Virus record (IMG/VR): IMGVR_UViG_3300027764_000024
Coordinates: 1-29,580 of that record
From: a virus
Lineage: Duplodnaviria; Caudoviricetes
Strand: one strand, 5' to 3'
Length of the DNA: 29,580 bases
The notes under the pieces were generated by a model, which was given only the letters and a program-made list of their open reading frames with translations, searched no databases and was not told the origin of the DNA. Positions 21,882 through 29,580 of this stretch are shown here, piece after piece. The translations under genes were made by a program, and so were the position numbers. The first letter of the stretch is position 1. Each line of letters starts with the position of its first letter.

Positions 21882-22838
21882 ATGAAAATACTATTTACAG
21901 CAGACATTCATATAAAACTAGGTCAGAAGAATGTACCTATTGAATGGGCTAAGCAAAGATATGAAACCTTCATTACGCAGTTATCAGTAATTCAAAAAGA
22001 CTGCGATATGATAGTATTAGGTGGTGATGTATTTGATCGTATGCCCACTATGGATGAATTAGAAGTTTATTTTGATCTAGTATCTTCTATTCGTATTCCT
22101 TGTATTATTTATGCAGGAAATCACGAAGCCTTAAAGAAAGATACTACATTCTTTAGTTATCTAAAGCGTAGTACTAATAGACTTAATAAGCTAGTGGAAG
22201 TTATTGATGACTTCCACACTATTGATAATATGGATTTTGTTCCATATAATAAGCTAAAAGAATTTGAGAAGAACCCTAGTATGTTACGGGGCGATATTTT
22301 ATTTACCCATGTGCGAGGAGAAATTCCGCCTCATGTAAAAGCAGAAGTAGACCTTACTTTATTTGATAAGTGGAAGGTCGTCCTAGCAGGAGATCTACAC
22401 TCTTATGAAAATTCGCAACGTAATATCTTATACCCTGGCAGCCCTTGTACTACTAGCTTTCACCGTAACGTGGTGGATACTGGGGTTATTGTTTTTGATA
22501 CAGACACTGGTAAGCACACGTGGGTAAAGTTAACTCTCCCACAACTTTTACGCAAAACAATTCAAGCTGGCGAAGATATGCCTGCTACAGACTACCACCA
22601 TACAATCTACGAGATTGAAGGTGATATGGCTGAGCTAGGCGCTCTAGCAGATAGTAGCTTAATAGATAAGAAAGTTGTTAAACGCGAGACTGATACAGCT
22701 CTAATACTAGACCCTAAAATGACGATACAAGAAGAAGTTAGAGAGTACCTCTCGTATATTCTTCAGTTATCGGATAGTACAGTAGAAGATGTATTACAGG
22801 TTCTCAATAACAATATGGAAAAGATTGTCGTAGAATGA
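21882..22838 (+). CDS. D12: SbcD/Mre11-like nuclease (T5 D12)
   Basis: ADIH, GGD.FD, GNHE, TH and GDLH...YPGSP motifs. True start ATG 21882. Confidence 0.93.
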   Translation: MKILFTADIHIKLGQKNVPIEWAKQRYETFITQLSVIQKDCDMIVLGGDVFDRMPTMDELEVYFDLVSSIRIPCIIYAGNHEALKKDTTFFSYLKRSTNRLNKLVEVIDDFHTIDNMDFVPYNKLKEFEKNPSMLRGDILFTHVRGEIPPHVKAEVDLTLFDKWKVVLAGDLHSYENSQRNILYPGSPCTTSFHRNVVDTGVIVFDTDTGKHTWVKLTLPQLLRKTIQAGEDMPATDYHHTIYEIEGDMAELGALADSSLIDKKVVKRETDTALILDPKMTIQEEVREYLSYILQLSDSTVEDVLQVLNNNMEKIVVE

Positions 22839-24637
22839 TTATATTTAAACAACTAAGATGGGGGAACGCGTTCTCCTATGGTCTTAATAACATTATTCAG
22901 CTAGATGGTGGCCCTTTAACACAGTTAGTGGGAAAGAACGGTCACGGTAAAAGCTCCATTGCTTTAATTATCGAGGAAGTTCTATATAATCAGAACTCCA
23001 AAAAGATCAAAAAAGCAGACATTCTTAATCGCTATATTAGCGACAAGAATTATACTATTGAGTTAGACTTTAATAAAGACGGAATAGAATATGTTATTAA
23101 AACTTCAAGAACCAGCACAGCCAGTACAATTAAGTTTACCAGGGATGGAGTTGACATTAGTTCACACACTGCTACTGGTACTTACAAAACCATTGAGAAC
23201 ATCATTGGTTATGACCATAAGACATTTTCCCAAATTGTTTATCAAAGTTCAGTTGGCTCCCTGGAGTTTCTTACAGCAACAGATACTGCTCGCAAAAAAT
23301 TCTTAATTGAGCTACTTAACTTAGGCGTATATACTAGGGCTGCAGATACTTTTAAAGAACTTGCAGCAGGTGTGTCTAAAGAAGTAGATAAGTTAGAAGC
23401 TAAAGTTAGTACAGTACGTACCTGGCTTACTAAGTATGAAAAAGAAGACTTAACGCTTAAAGTTATTGAAGACGAATTAGATTCTCCAGTTAGTTTAACT
23501 GCTGAAGTTGCCTCTATGGGTACTGAGTTGGCTAATATTGAGGCTATTAATAAAAAGATTGCTTCAAATAATAAGTATCAAGAACTAATCGCCGCAATAG
23601 TACTAGGTATAGCCCCTCCAAGACCTCCTAGTACTGATTCAACTAATGAACTTAAAGTTAACTTATTAAGCCTACAGCGAGAACTAAAAGACGGTGCTAC
23701 TTTGAAAGCAAAGTGTACTGGCCCTACTAGTACTTGTCCTACCTGTACACAGGATATTGATAATAGTACTATGTTTTCTATGGTTACTCAATTTGAAGGT
23801 AAGAAGGCTAATATTGAGAATCTTATTGTTAGCTTAGAATACGAAATTGAGAAAGCTAACCAATCCACTACTAAGTGGGATGCTTATAGTAAGAAGACTC
23901 TAGAGATCGAAAAGTATCATGCTTTAATTGATCTAAAGATGCCAAAAGTTTTATTAGATAAAGATATTGTGGCTAAAGAGATAGACGTACTACAAGCTAG
24001 TATTGATGCGATCTTAATAGCTATTACTAAAGTACGTGCTAAGAATAAGACTGCATCAGAACATAATGCTAAAGTTACTGTAATCTCAGACCAGCTACAA
24101 GATATGCGGGATGAGTTAGAAGTACATAACCTAGAGTTGGCTACTAAAGCTACAGAACTTTCACATCTTCAAGTACTAGTTAAGACATTCTCCACAACAG
24201 GCGTAGTAGCTTATAAAATTGAATGCTTAGTCAAAGATCTAGAAGAATTAACTAACGAATACCTTGGCGAACTCGCTGATGGTAGATTTCAGCTATCTTT
24301 TAAAATTGCTAGTTCGGACAAATTAAATGTTATCATTACTGATAATGGTCGTGACGTGGATATCATTGCTCTCTCTAGTGGTGAACGTGCTCGTGTTAAC
24401 GTTGCAACTTTGCTGGCGATTCGAAAGCTCATGCAAACTCTGTCTAATTCTAGAACGAATCTTCTCATACTTGACGAAACGGTGGAGAACTTAGACGCAG
24501 AAGGTAAGGAAAAGTTAATTGAAGTACTCTTACGAGAAGAAAATCTTAATACCTTCCTCATTAGTCATGGCTTTAGCCACCCTCTCTTAGAAAAACTACA
24601 AGTAGTTAAAGAGAAAAACGTATCAAGGATAGAATAA
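22835..24637 (+). CDS. D13: SbcC/Rad50-like ATPase (T5 D13)
   Basis: GKNGHGKS, YQ, coiled coils with CPTC hook, LSSGE, LILDE, ISH. Confidence 0.95.
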   Translation: MIIFKQLRWGNAFSYGLNNIIQLDGGPLTQLVGKNGHGKSSIALIIEEVLYNQNSKKIKKADILNRYISDKNYTIELDFNKDGIEYVIKTSRTSTASTIKFTRDGVDISSHTATGTYKTIENIIGYDHKTFSQIVYQSSVGSLEFLTATDTARKKFLIELLNLGVYTRAADTFKELAAGVSKEVDKLEAKVSTVRTWLTKYEKEDLTLKVIEDELDSPVSLTAEVASMGTELANIEAINKKIASNNKYQELIAAIVLGIAPPRPPSTDSTNELKVNLLSLQRELKDGATLKAKCTGPTSTCPTCTQDIDNSTMFSMVTQFEGKKANIENLIVSLEYEIEKANQSTTKWDAYSKKTLEIEKYHALIDLKMPKVLLDKDIVAKEIDVLQASIDAILIAITKVRAKNKTASEHNAKVTVISDQLQDMRDELEVHNLELATKATELSHLQVLVKTFSTTGVVAYKIECLVKDLEELTNEYLGELADGRFQLSFKIASSDKLNVIITDNGRDVDIIALSSGERARVNVATLLAIRKLMQTLSNSRTNLLILDETVENLDAEGKEKLIEVLLREENLNTFLISHGFSHPLLEKLQVVKEKNVSRIE

Positions 24638-25095
24638 TGGCAGTAGACCCTAGAGCTAAAGGGGCTCGAGCAGAGACTCAAATTAGAGATCAGCTCCGTA
24701 CCCTGACGGGACTTACCTGGGAACGAGTACCTAGCTCAGGTGCCTTAGACCCTAAACATGGGCTCAAGGGCGATCTGTACGTTCCTAACGAAAAGAACCT
24801 TTACGCAGTAGAAGTTAAACACTACGCAGAAGACCATTTGACTAGTAGTATCCTAACGGCTAAAGACCCCATATTACTAATGTGGTGGGAACAAGCTGTT
24901 AGGCAGGGTGAGCAGGTTAGTAAAATTCCGCTGCTTATCTTTAAACACGATCGCTCAAAGATATTCTGTGCGTTTAACGATCTACCTACCGGAGACTTTA
25001 GGTTTATATCAATTTGCGCCAAGGATCACTACTTTAACGTCTCACTACTTGATGACTTCGTTAAACATGAGAAACCTAAATTTATACTTGTATAA
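24637..25095 (+). CDS. D14: PD-(D/E)xK Holliday-junction-resolvase-like nuclease (T5 D14)
   Basis: R.KG.R.E, RVP.SGA, GD, EVK and WW.Q motifs. Confidence 0.88.
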   Translation: MAVDPRAKGARAETQIRDQLRTLTGLTWERVPSSGALDPKHGLKGDLYVPNEKNLYAVEVKHYAEDHLTSSILTAKDPILLMWWEQAVRQGEQVSKIPLLIFKHDRSKIFCAFNDLPTGDFRFISICAKDHYFNVSLLDDFVKHEKPKFILV

Positions 25096-25116
25096 TCATT
25101 CAGAAATTGATATAAT
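25088..25116 (+). promoter_or_regulatory. sigma70-type promoter (leaderless transcript likely)
   Basis: TTGTAT-17 nt-TATAAT, ATG 5 nt downstream. Confidence 0.65.
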
Positions 25117-25121
25117 AACTA

Positions 25122-25973
25122 ATGACAAAAACATTTACACAACTTACTAAAGCAGACGAATCTACGTTAATGATTATTGATTCGTTGAATTTAGCTTTTA
25201 GGTATAAGCACAGTGGTGCAGTAGGGTTTTGTACAGACTATATGCGTACTGTAGATAGTCTTAAAAAGTCTTATAAAACTACTAAGCTAATCATCACGGG
25301 CGATATGGGCTCAAGCTCCTATCGCAAAGCCCTTAGCCCGATCTATAAACAGAATCGTAAAGATAAATATGCAGACCAAACCGAAGACGAGAAAGAAGCT
25401 TTTGAGGCCTTCTTCGCGGAAGTCCAGGAAATACTTGCTTGCTATGAGAATGAAGGCGTCTATCCAGTCGCTCGCTTTCCGGGCGTTGAGGCAGACGATA
25501 TTGCAGCTTATATTGTCAGCCAAAGGAAGAAATTTGATCTAAAGCAGATCTGGCTAATTTCCTCAGATAAGGATTGGGATTTACTTGTTGCTCCTGGAGT
25601 TAGTCGCTTTAGCTATGTTACTCGTAAAGAAGTTACCCATGATACTTGGTCAGATCACTACGATTGTACCCAAGAAGAATATGTTAGTATTAAGTGTCTC
25701 ATGGGAGATAGCGGAGATAATGTACTCGGCGTTCCAGGCGTAGGCCCGAAACGTGCCCTCCAGCTAATCCAAGAATATGGAAGCGCTTATGATATTATTG
25801 CCAACTTACCTATTAGTAGTCGGTATAAATATATCACAGCACTAAATGAATTTGGAGCTGAAGGCTTAATGCTTAACTATAAACTAATGGATTTGGTCAC
25901 ATACTGTGAAGAGGCCATTGGTGAAGAAAATTGTAGAAATCTCGACTCAACCTTAGAAGGCTACCTAACGTGA
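25122..25973 (+). CDS. D15: Flap endonuclease / 5'-3' exonuclease (T5 D15)
   Basis: D..NL.FR, YK.NR, EADD, SSD.DWD and GD.GDN..GV.G.G.KRA motifs. Confidence 0.95.
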   Translation: MTKTFTQLTKADESTLMIIDSLNLAFRYKHSGAVGFCTDYMRTVDSLKKSYKTTKLIITGDMGSSSYRKALSPIYKQNRKDKYADQTEDEKEAFEAFFAEVQEILACYENEGVYPVARFPGVEADDIAAYIVSQRKKFDLKQIWLISSDKDWDLLVAPGVSRFSYVTRKEVTHDTWSDHYDCTQEEYVSIKCLMGDSGDNVLGVPGVGPKRALQLIQEYGSAYDIIANLPISSRYKYITALNEFGAEGLMLNYKLMDLVTYCEEAIGEENCRNLDSTLEGYLT

Positions 25974-26431
25974 CAATACCTATCTTTATGCAAACTAATG
26001 TAGCCATTAGAGCAGAACACCCTAGCTTGCGGCCACTGCGTGCCCACCCTTCAGATGCTGGAGCAGACCTTTTTAGCAATAGCTATGATATCATTCATCC
26101 TGGAACTCAAAGTTTGATTGATACAGGAGTAGCCGTTCAAATTCCGATGGGTTTCGTCGGGCTTGTATATAATCGTAGCAGCCAGGGTAAGATCGGCATT
26201 CAACTAGCAAACTCCGTTGGCGTCATCGACTCTGATTATCGGGGAAACATTAAAGTCTTGCTAAAAAATAATGGGGGAACACCATATGTTATTAATGCTC
26301 AAGAGACGAGAATTGCCCAATTAGTCATTACTCCAATTGTCTTAGCGCATTTCGGAGATTTTACTGGTACAGACGAGGAATGGAATAATACTAAACGCGG
26401 TACAGGCGGGTTCGGAAGTACCGGCACATGA
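25970..26431 (+). CDS. dut: Trimeric dUTPase
   Basis: AGADL, RSS, GVIDSDYRG, RIAQLV and RG.GGFGSTG motifs. Confidence 0.96.
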   Translation: MTIPIFMQTNVAIRAEHPSLRPLRAHPSDAGADLFSNSYDIIHPGTQSLIDTGVAVQIPMGFVGLVYNRSSQGKIGIQLANSVGVIDSDYRGNIKVLLKNNGGTPYVINAQETRIAQLVITPIVLAHFGDFTGTDEEWNNTKRGTGGFGSTGT

Positions 26432-26604
26432 CCGAAGTAGAAGAAAAAATTGCAGATGCGATAGCAACCATTACCCGACTATGTGATGTTACTAATAACA
26501 CAGTCGCGGAAAATGAGAGTTTTAGAGTGCATCTAGGTGGGCTAAACGATCTTTTAGTCGCCAAAATTGGAAAACGTATTTTAGCCGAAAGAAAACATGG
26601 ATAA
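26428..26604 (+). CDS. Hypothetical 58-aa protein
   Basis: ATGA overlap with dut and overlap with the nrdJ start. Not in the track. Confidence 0.65.
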   Translation: MTEVEEKIADAIATITRLCDVTNNTVAENESFRVHLGGLNDLLVAKIGKRILAERKHG

Positions 26605-28453
26605 ACAAGCACTATCAGATATTACCGTATTTAACAAGTACGCGCGATTTAACCACGAAGCAAATCGTAGAGAGAACTGGCAAGAGATTGTTACTCGTAA
26701 TGTGGGAATGCATAAAACAAAGTATCCACATATGGCAGCAGAAATTGATGCTATCTACAATAAGTTTGTTTATACTAAGCGTGTTCTACCTTCAATGCGT
26801 AGTTTGCAGTTCGGTGGACGACCCATCCTAATGGCAGAGAATCGAGTCTTTAACTGTGCGTACGCTCCAACAGAATCACCTAAGTTCTTCTCAGAACTAA
26901 TGTTCTTGTTGCTTGGGGGTACTGGTATGGGGTACTCAGTACAGCGTCGGCATACTGATAAACTTCCTAAAATTAAGACTCCTGAGTCTGATGGTGAGTA
27001 TAAGTACCAAGTCCAAGATTCTATTGTTGGCTGGTCAGATGCAGTTAAAGTAGTATGTAAAGCATTCTTTAATGCTGGAACACTACCAATCTTTGACTAT
27101 CGCGATATTCGTGAAAAAGGTGCAGAACTAATCACTACAGGTGGTCAAGCTCCTGGCCCTGAGCCACTTCGTATTTGTATCGAACAACTTACAGTTCTAT
27201 TGCGTAAAGCAGTTGGTCGTAAGCTAGAGCCTATCGAAGCACATGATATGGCTTGCGTTATTGCCGATGCCGTATTAGCTGGCGGTATTCGTCGTGCTGC
27301 TATGATTGCATTGTTTGATCGTAATGATGAAGCTATGTTGACTTCTAAATCAGGTGAGTGGTATATTGACCATCCTGCTCGTGCTCGTGCTAATAATAGT
27401 GCCGTTCTGCCACGAGGCGAAGTCTCAGAAGCAGAGTTCCGTAGTTTAATGAAGCGTGTAGAAGACTCAGGCTGTGGTGAGCCAGGTGTTTATTGGACTA
27501 ATAATAAAGATTGGGGTACTAATCCTTGTTGTGAAATTGCCCTACGTCCATACCAGATGTGCAACTTGACAGAGATCAACGCAGGTAAAGTACTTACTCA
27601 AGAAGATTTTGATGAAGCATCAACTGCAGCAGCATTTATTGGTACATTACAAGCAGGTTATACTGATTTCCACTACTTGAACCCTAAATGGCGTATTGCT
27701 TGTGAAAAAGATGCACTATTAGGTGTGTCTATGACAGGCATTGCTAGCGGTACAGTAGAGAAGCTAGATATGACCCAGGCTGCTCAGTGTACAATCAAAG
27801 CTAATATTGAGACTGCTGCAAAGTTAGGTATTAATCCTGCTGCACGTATTACTTGTGTAAAACCTGCTGGAACTACTAGCCTTGTGCTAGGTACTGCTAG
27901 TGGTATTCATGCTTGGCATGCTGACTTCTATATCCGCCGTATGCGTGCTGGTAAAGATGAAGCACTAGCTCAATACATGATGAAAGTTGCACCAGATCTA
28001 GTTGAGCAAGATGTTAACGTGCCACATCAAGTAGTACTTAGCTTTCCTCAGTCTGCTCCTAAAGGCGCAGCAGTTCGTACAGAACCAATGATGGCACTAT
28101 TAGAGCGTGTTAAAGATGTATCTATTCGCTGGGTTGCAAATGGTCATATTGCTGGTATTAATCAGCATAATGTTTCTTGCACTATCTCAGTTAAAGACGG
28201 TGAGTGGGAGGAACTTACAGAATGGATGTGGGTAAATAGAGCACACTATAATGGTATTTCTGTCCTACCTTACTTTGGTGCTGAGGCTTATCCACAGCTA
28301 CCTTTCGAAGATATTGACGAAGCCACTTATAATAAAATGCTGCCAATGTTAGCAGCAGTAGATATTGGTAAAGTATTTGAGCTAGATGGTAGCTCTATTG
28401 ATCTTTCCGCAGAACTTGCTTGCTCCGGTGGCGCTTGCGAAATTACTTTTTAA
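26597..28453 (+). CDS. nrdJ: Class II (adenosylcobalamin-dependent, monomeric RTPR-type) ribonucleotide reductase
   Basis: PSMR, FNCA, GG.RRAA, NPCCEI, CNL.E, KPAGT.S, C-terminal ACSGGACE. No ATP cone and no beta-subunit gene. Confidence 0.93.
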   Translation: MDKQALSDITVFNKYARFNHEANRRENWQEIVTRNVGMHKTKYPHMAAEIDAIYNKFVYTKRVLPSMRSLQFGGRPILMAENRVFNCAYAPTESPKFFSELMFLLLGGTGMGYSVQRRHTDKLPKIKTPESDGEYKYQVQDSIVGWSDAVKVVCKAFFNAGTLPIFDYRDIREKGAELITTGGQAPGPEPLRICIEQLTVLLRKAVGRKLEPIEAHDMACVIADAVLAGGIRRAAMIALFDRNDEAMLTSKSGEWYIDHPARARANNSAVLPRGEVSEAEFRSLMKRVEDSGCGEPGVYWTNNKDWGTNPCCEIALRPYQMCNLTEINAGKVLTQEDFDEASTAAAFIGTLQAGYTDFHYLNPKWRIACEKDALLGVSMTGIASGTVEKLDMTQAAQCTIKANIETAAKLGINPAARITCVKPAGTTSLVLGTASGIHAWHADFYIRRMRAGKDEALAQYMMKVAPDLVEQDVNVPHQVVLSFPQSAPKGAAVRTEPMMALLERVKDVSIRWVANGHIAGINQHNVSCTISVKDGEWEELTEWMWVNRAHYNGISVLPYFGAEAYPQLPFEDIDEATYNKMLPMLAAVDIGKVFELDGSSIDLSAELACSGGACEITF

Positions 28454-28464
28454 ACTAGGAAAAC

Positions 28465-28644
28465 ATGAACGAGAATCCGACCTTAACTCTACAACTAACC
28501 CTTAAAGAAGTCAATGCACTTCTAGCAGGACTACAAGAACTACCCGCTAAAATATGTAACCCTCTTAGCCAGAAAATTACACAACAAGCGCAAATTCAGC
28601 TAGCTCCTGCAGAAGAAGTTGAAGAAGTAGTAGAAGCTGAGTAA
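28465..28644 (+). CDS. Small hypothetical protein (EVN.LL.GL.ELP motif), 59 aa
   Basis: AGGA RBS, ends at the terminator. Not in the track. Confidence 0.75.
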   Translation: MNENPTLTLQLTLKEVNALLAGLQELPAKICNPLSQKITQQAQIQLAPAEEVEEVVEAE

Positions 28645-28645
28645 C

Positions 28646-28683
28646 AAAAAAGCCCCATAGTCTTACGATTATGGGGCTTTTTT
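28646..28683. terminator. Bidirectional Rho-independent terminator
   Basis: AAAAAAGCCCCATAGTC-TTAC-GATTATGGGGCTTTTTT between convergent transcription units. Confidence 0.92.
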
Positions 28684-28961
28684 CATGCTTTTTCTAGAGC
28701 AGCAGGAGCTGTTGAGTCTACATATTTAACGAAGTTATCTGCAAGAGTTTGAATAGAAGCTTTACCTATATCCGTTTTTAAGAACGTGTCTAACTTATTC
28801 AGATTATTAGACACACATACTTGTTGCTGCACTGTCATAGCTTGTCCTAAAGCAGAGTATGACTCGAACTTCTGTAAAGCCGCTTGTACTACTCTGGGGT
28901 TACTTCTAATAGCAGCAGCTAAAGCATCGGGGGTTATAATTCTTAATAAGTCAGTTAACAT
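28683..28961 (-). CDS. Hypothetical protein
   Basis: 92-aa ORF ending at the bidirectional terminator. Confidence 0.75.
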   Translation of the reverse strand: MLTDLLRIITPDALAAAIRSNPRVVQAALQKFESYSALGQAMTVQQQVCVSNNLNKLDTFLKTDIGKASIQTLADNFVKYVDSTAPAALEKA

Positions 28962-28989
28962 TTTTTACTCTATTTTTATAAGTTACTCG

Positions 28990-29535
28990 TTATACCACGT
29001 TCCAATTGGTTCCGCGGAAGATAAGGGATGCGCTAGCATTAGCTGCAAACGCTAAGGTGAAACCTGCGGGGGTAACTAGACCCTCAACTGTTTCTCCTAT
29101 AGCATTACCAACAATGGTTACGTTACTTAAGTTTCCGAATTCAGACTTGATTACGTATTCGTCTCCATCAGCACCGGCTGGTAAGGTTAGTACGACTGGA
29201 GCTACTGCGATTACACCAACATAGTAGTCGGTAGTAAGTACTGGACCCGTTACCGCTACTAATCTAGTAGCTACAGGAGGGGTTGCAGTTGCATTAATCG
29301 TTAGACTTGGTGCAGCTCCTGTAATCGTTATACCTGTACCGGCTGTTAGAGTAGTGATCACACGATTGCCGGTGTCAGTTACTGCTCCAGTACTAGTTAA
29401 CGTTGCAAACGTCGGGTTTGCTGTTGTTGCAACGCTTTGGGGTAGATCAACTACTCCTGCTACTACGTCGATATTTGTTCCAACCTCTACAACACCGAAA
29501 CCGGTCTTGGAGGCTAAGGGGGTATTATATGCCAT
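28990..29535 (-). CDS. Putative virion (tail fibre/appendage-type) protein
   Basis: AGGA RBS, Thr/Val/Gly/Ala-rich beta-type sequence, DYYVGV...LTLP.G..G..YVIK.E and terminal NW motif. On the strand carrying the late genes in T5. Confidence 0.7.
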   Translation of the reverse strand: MAYNTPLASKTGFGVVEVGTNIDVVAGVVDLPQSVATTANPTFATLTSTGAVTDTGNRVITTLTAGTGITITGAAPSLTINATATPPVATRLVAVTGPVLTTDYYVGVIAVAPVVLTLPAGADGDEYVIKSEFGNLSNVTIVGNAIGETVEGLVTPAGFTLAFAANASASLIFRGTNWNVV

Positions 29536-29559
29536 TTTATTTCCTAAATTTTTAAGCGA

Positions 29560-29580
29560 CTAAGCAATAGTCATCCAGTT
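29560..29580 (-). CDS. 3' end of an upstream minus-strand gene (...NWMTIA-stop)
   Basis: Only 7 codons visible. Terminal NW motif resembles that of the next gene. Confidence 0.4.
   Translation of the reverse strand, partial: NWMTIA

Noticed and set aside
13749-28453. Inteins, introns or homing endonucleases in helicase, polymerase or RNR
   Set aside because: The ORFs are continuous and compact, with no intein splice motifs or HNH/GIY-YIG/LAGLIDADG ORFs seen.
7164-29563. Remaining short alternative-frame and antisense track ORFs nested in larger genes (e.g. 7164, 9229, 11350, 17114, 17648, 19569, 24289, 26391, 28786, 29006)
   Set aside because: They lie in or across well-supported genes and lack RBS or motifs, so they are shadow ORFs.
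1-29580. CRISPR array, integrase or IS element
   Set aside because: No regularly spaced direct repeats and no recombinase or transposase motifs. The repeats present are tRNA arms, promoters and hairpins.

Overview
Fragment of a T5-like lytic siphophage genome (Demerecviridae-type gene set, proteobacterial sigma70 promoters, standard genetic code). Bases 1-9.1 kb form a + strand tRNA region. It holds 20 tRNA genes (one cut by the window edge) covering 17 amino acids, a circularly permuted two-piece tmRNA (tag ANDTQFALAA), one aberrant tRNA-like RNA and several unassigned structured spacer RNAs. These are interleaved with small genes: Dps, a truncated TROVE/Ro60-like protein, a ClpP-like peptidase, a DUF1289-like protein, a metallophosphoesterase and hypotheticals. 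Bases 9.1-28.6 kb are a T5-like replication block: D3, glutaredoxin, D2, PC4-like, split NAD+ ligase, D5, D6 helicase, primase, family A DNA polymerase, D10-D15, dUTPase and a class II ribonucleotide reductase. It ends at a bidirectional terminator facing minus-strand, probably structural genes. The most unusual signals are in the tRNA region: (i) a mini-TROVE that appears to keep only the Y-RNA-binding part of Ro60, next to orphan stem-loop RNAs; (ii) four long helices with a shared AGYAUW core, three of which start on a CCA end and pair it with a closing TGG; (iii) two genes (clpP-like, DUF1289-like) whose stop codons lie inside the downstream tRNA, so tRNA 5' processing would yield non-stop mRNAs for tmRNA. 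All family assignments come from motif recognition by eye, not database searches. RNA folds were paired by hand.
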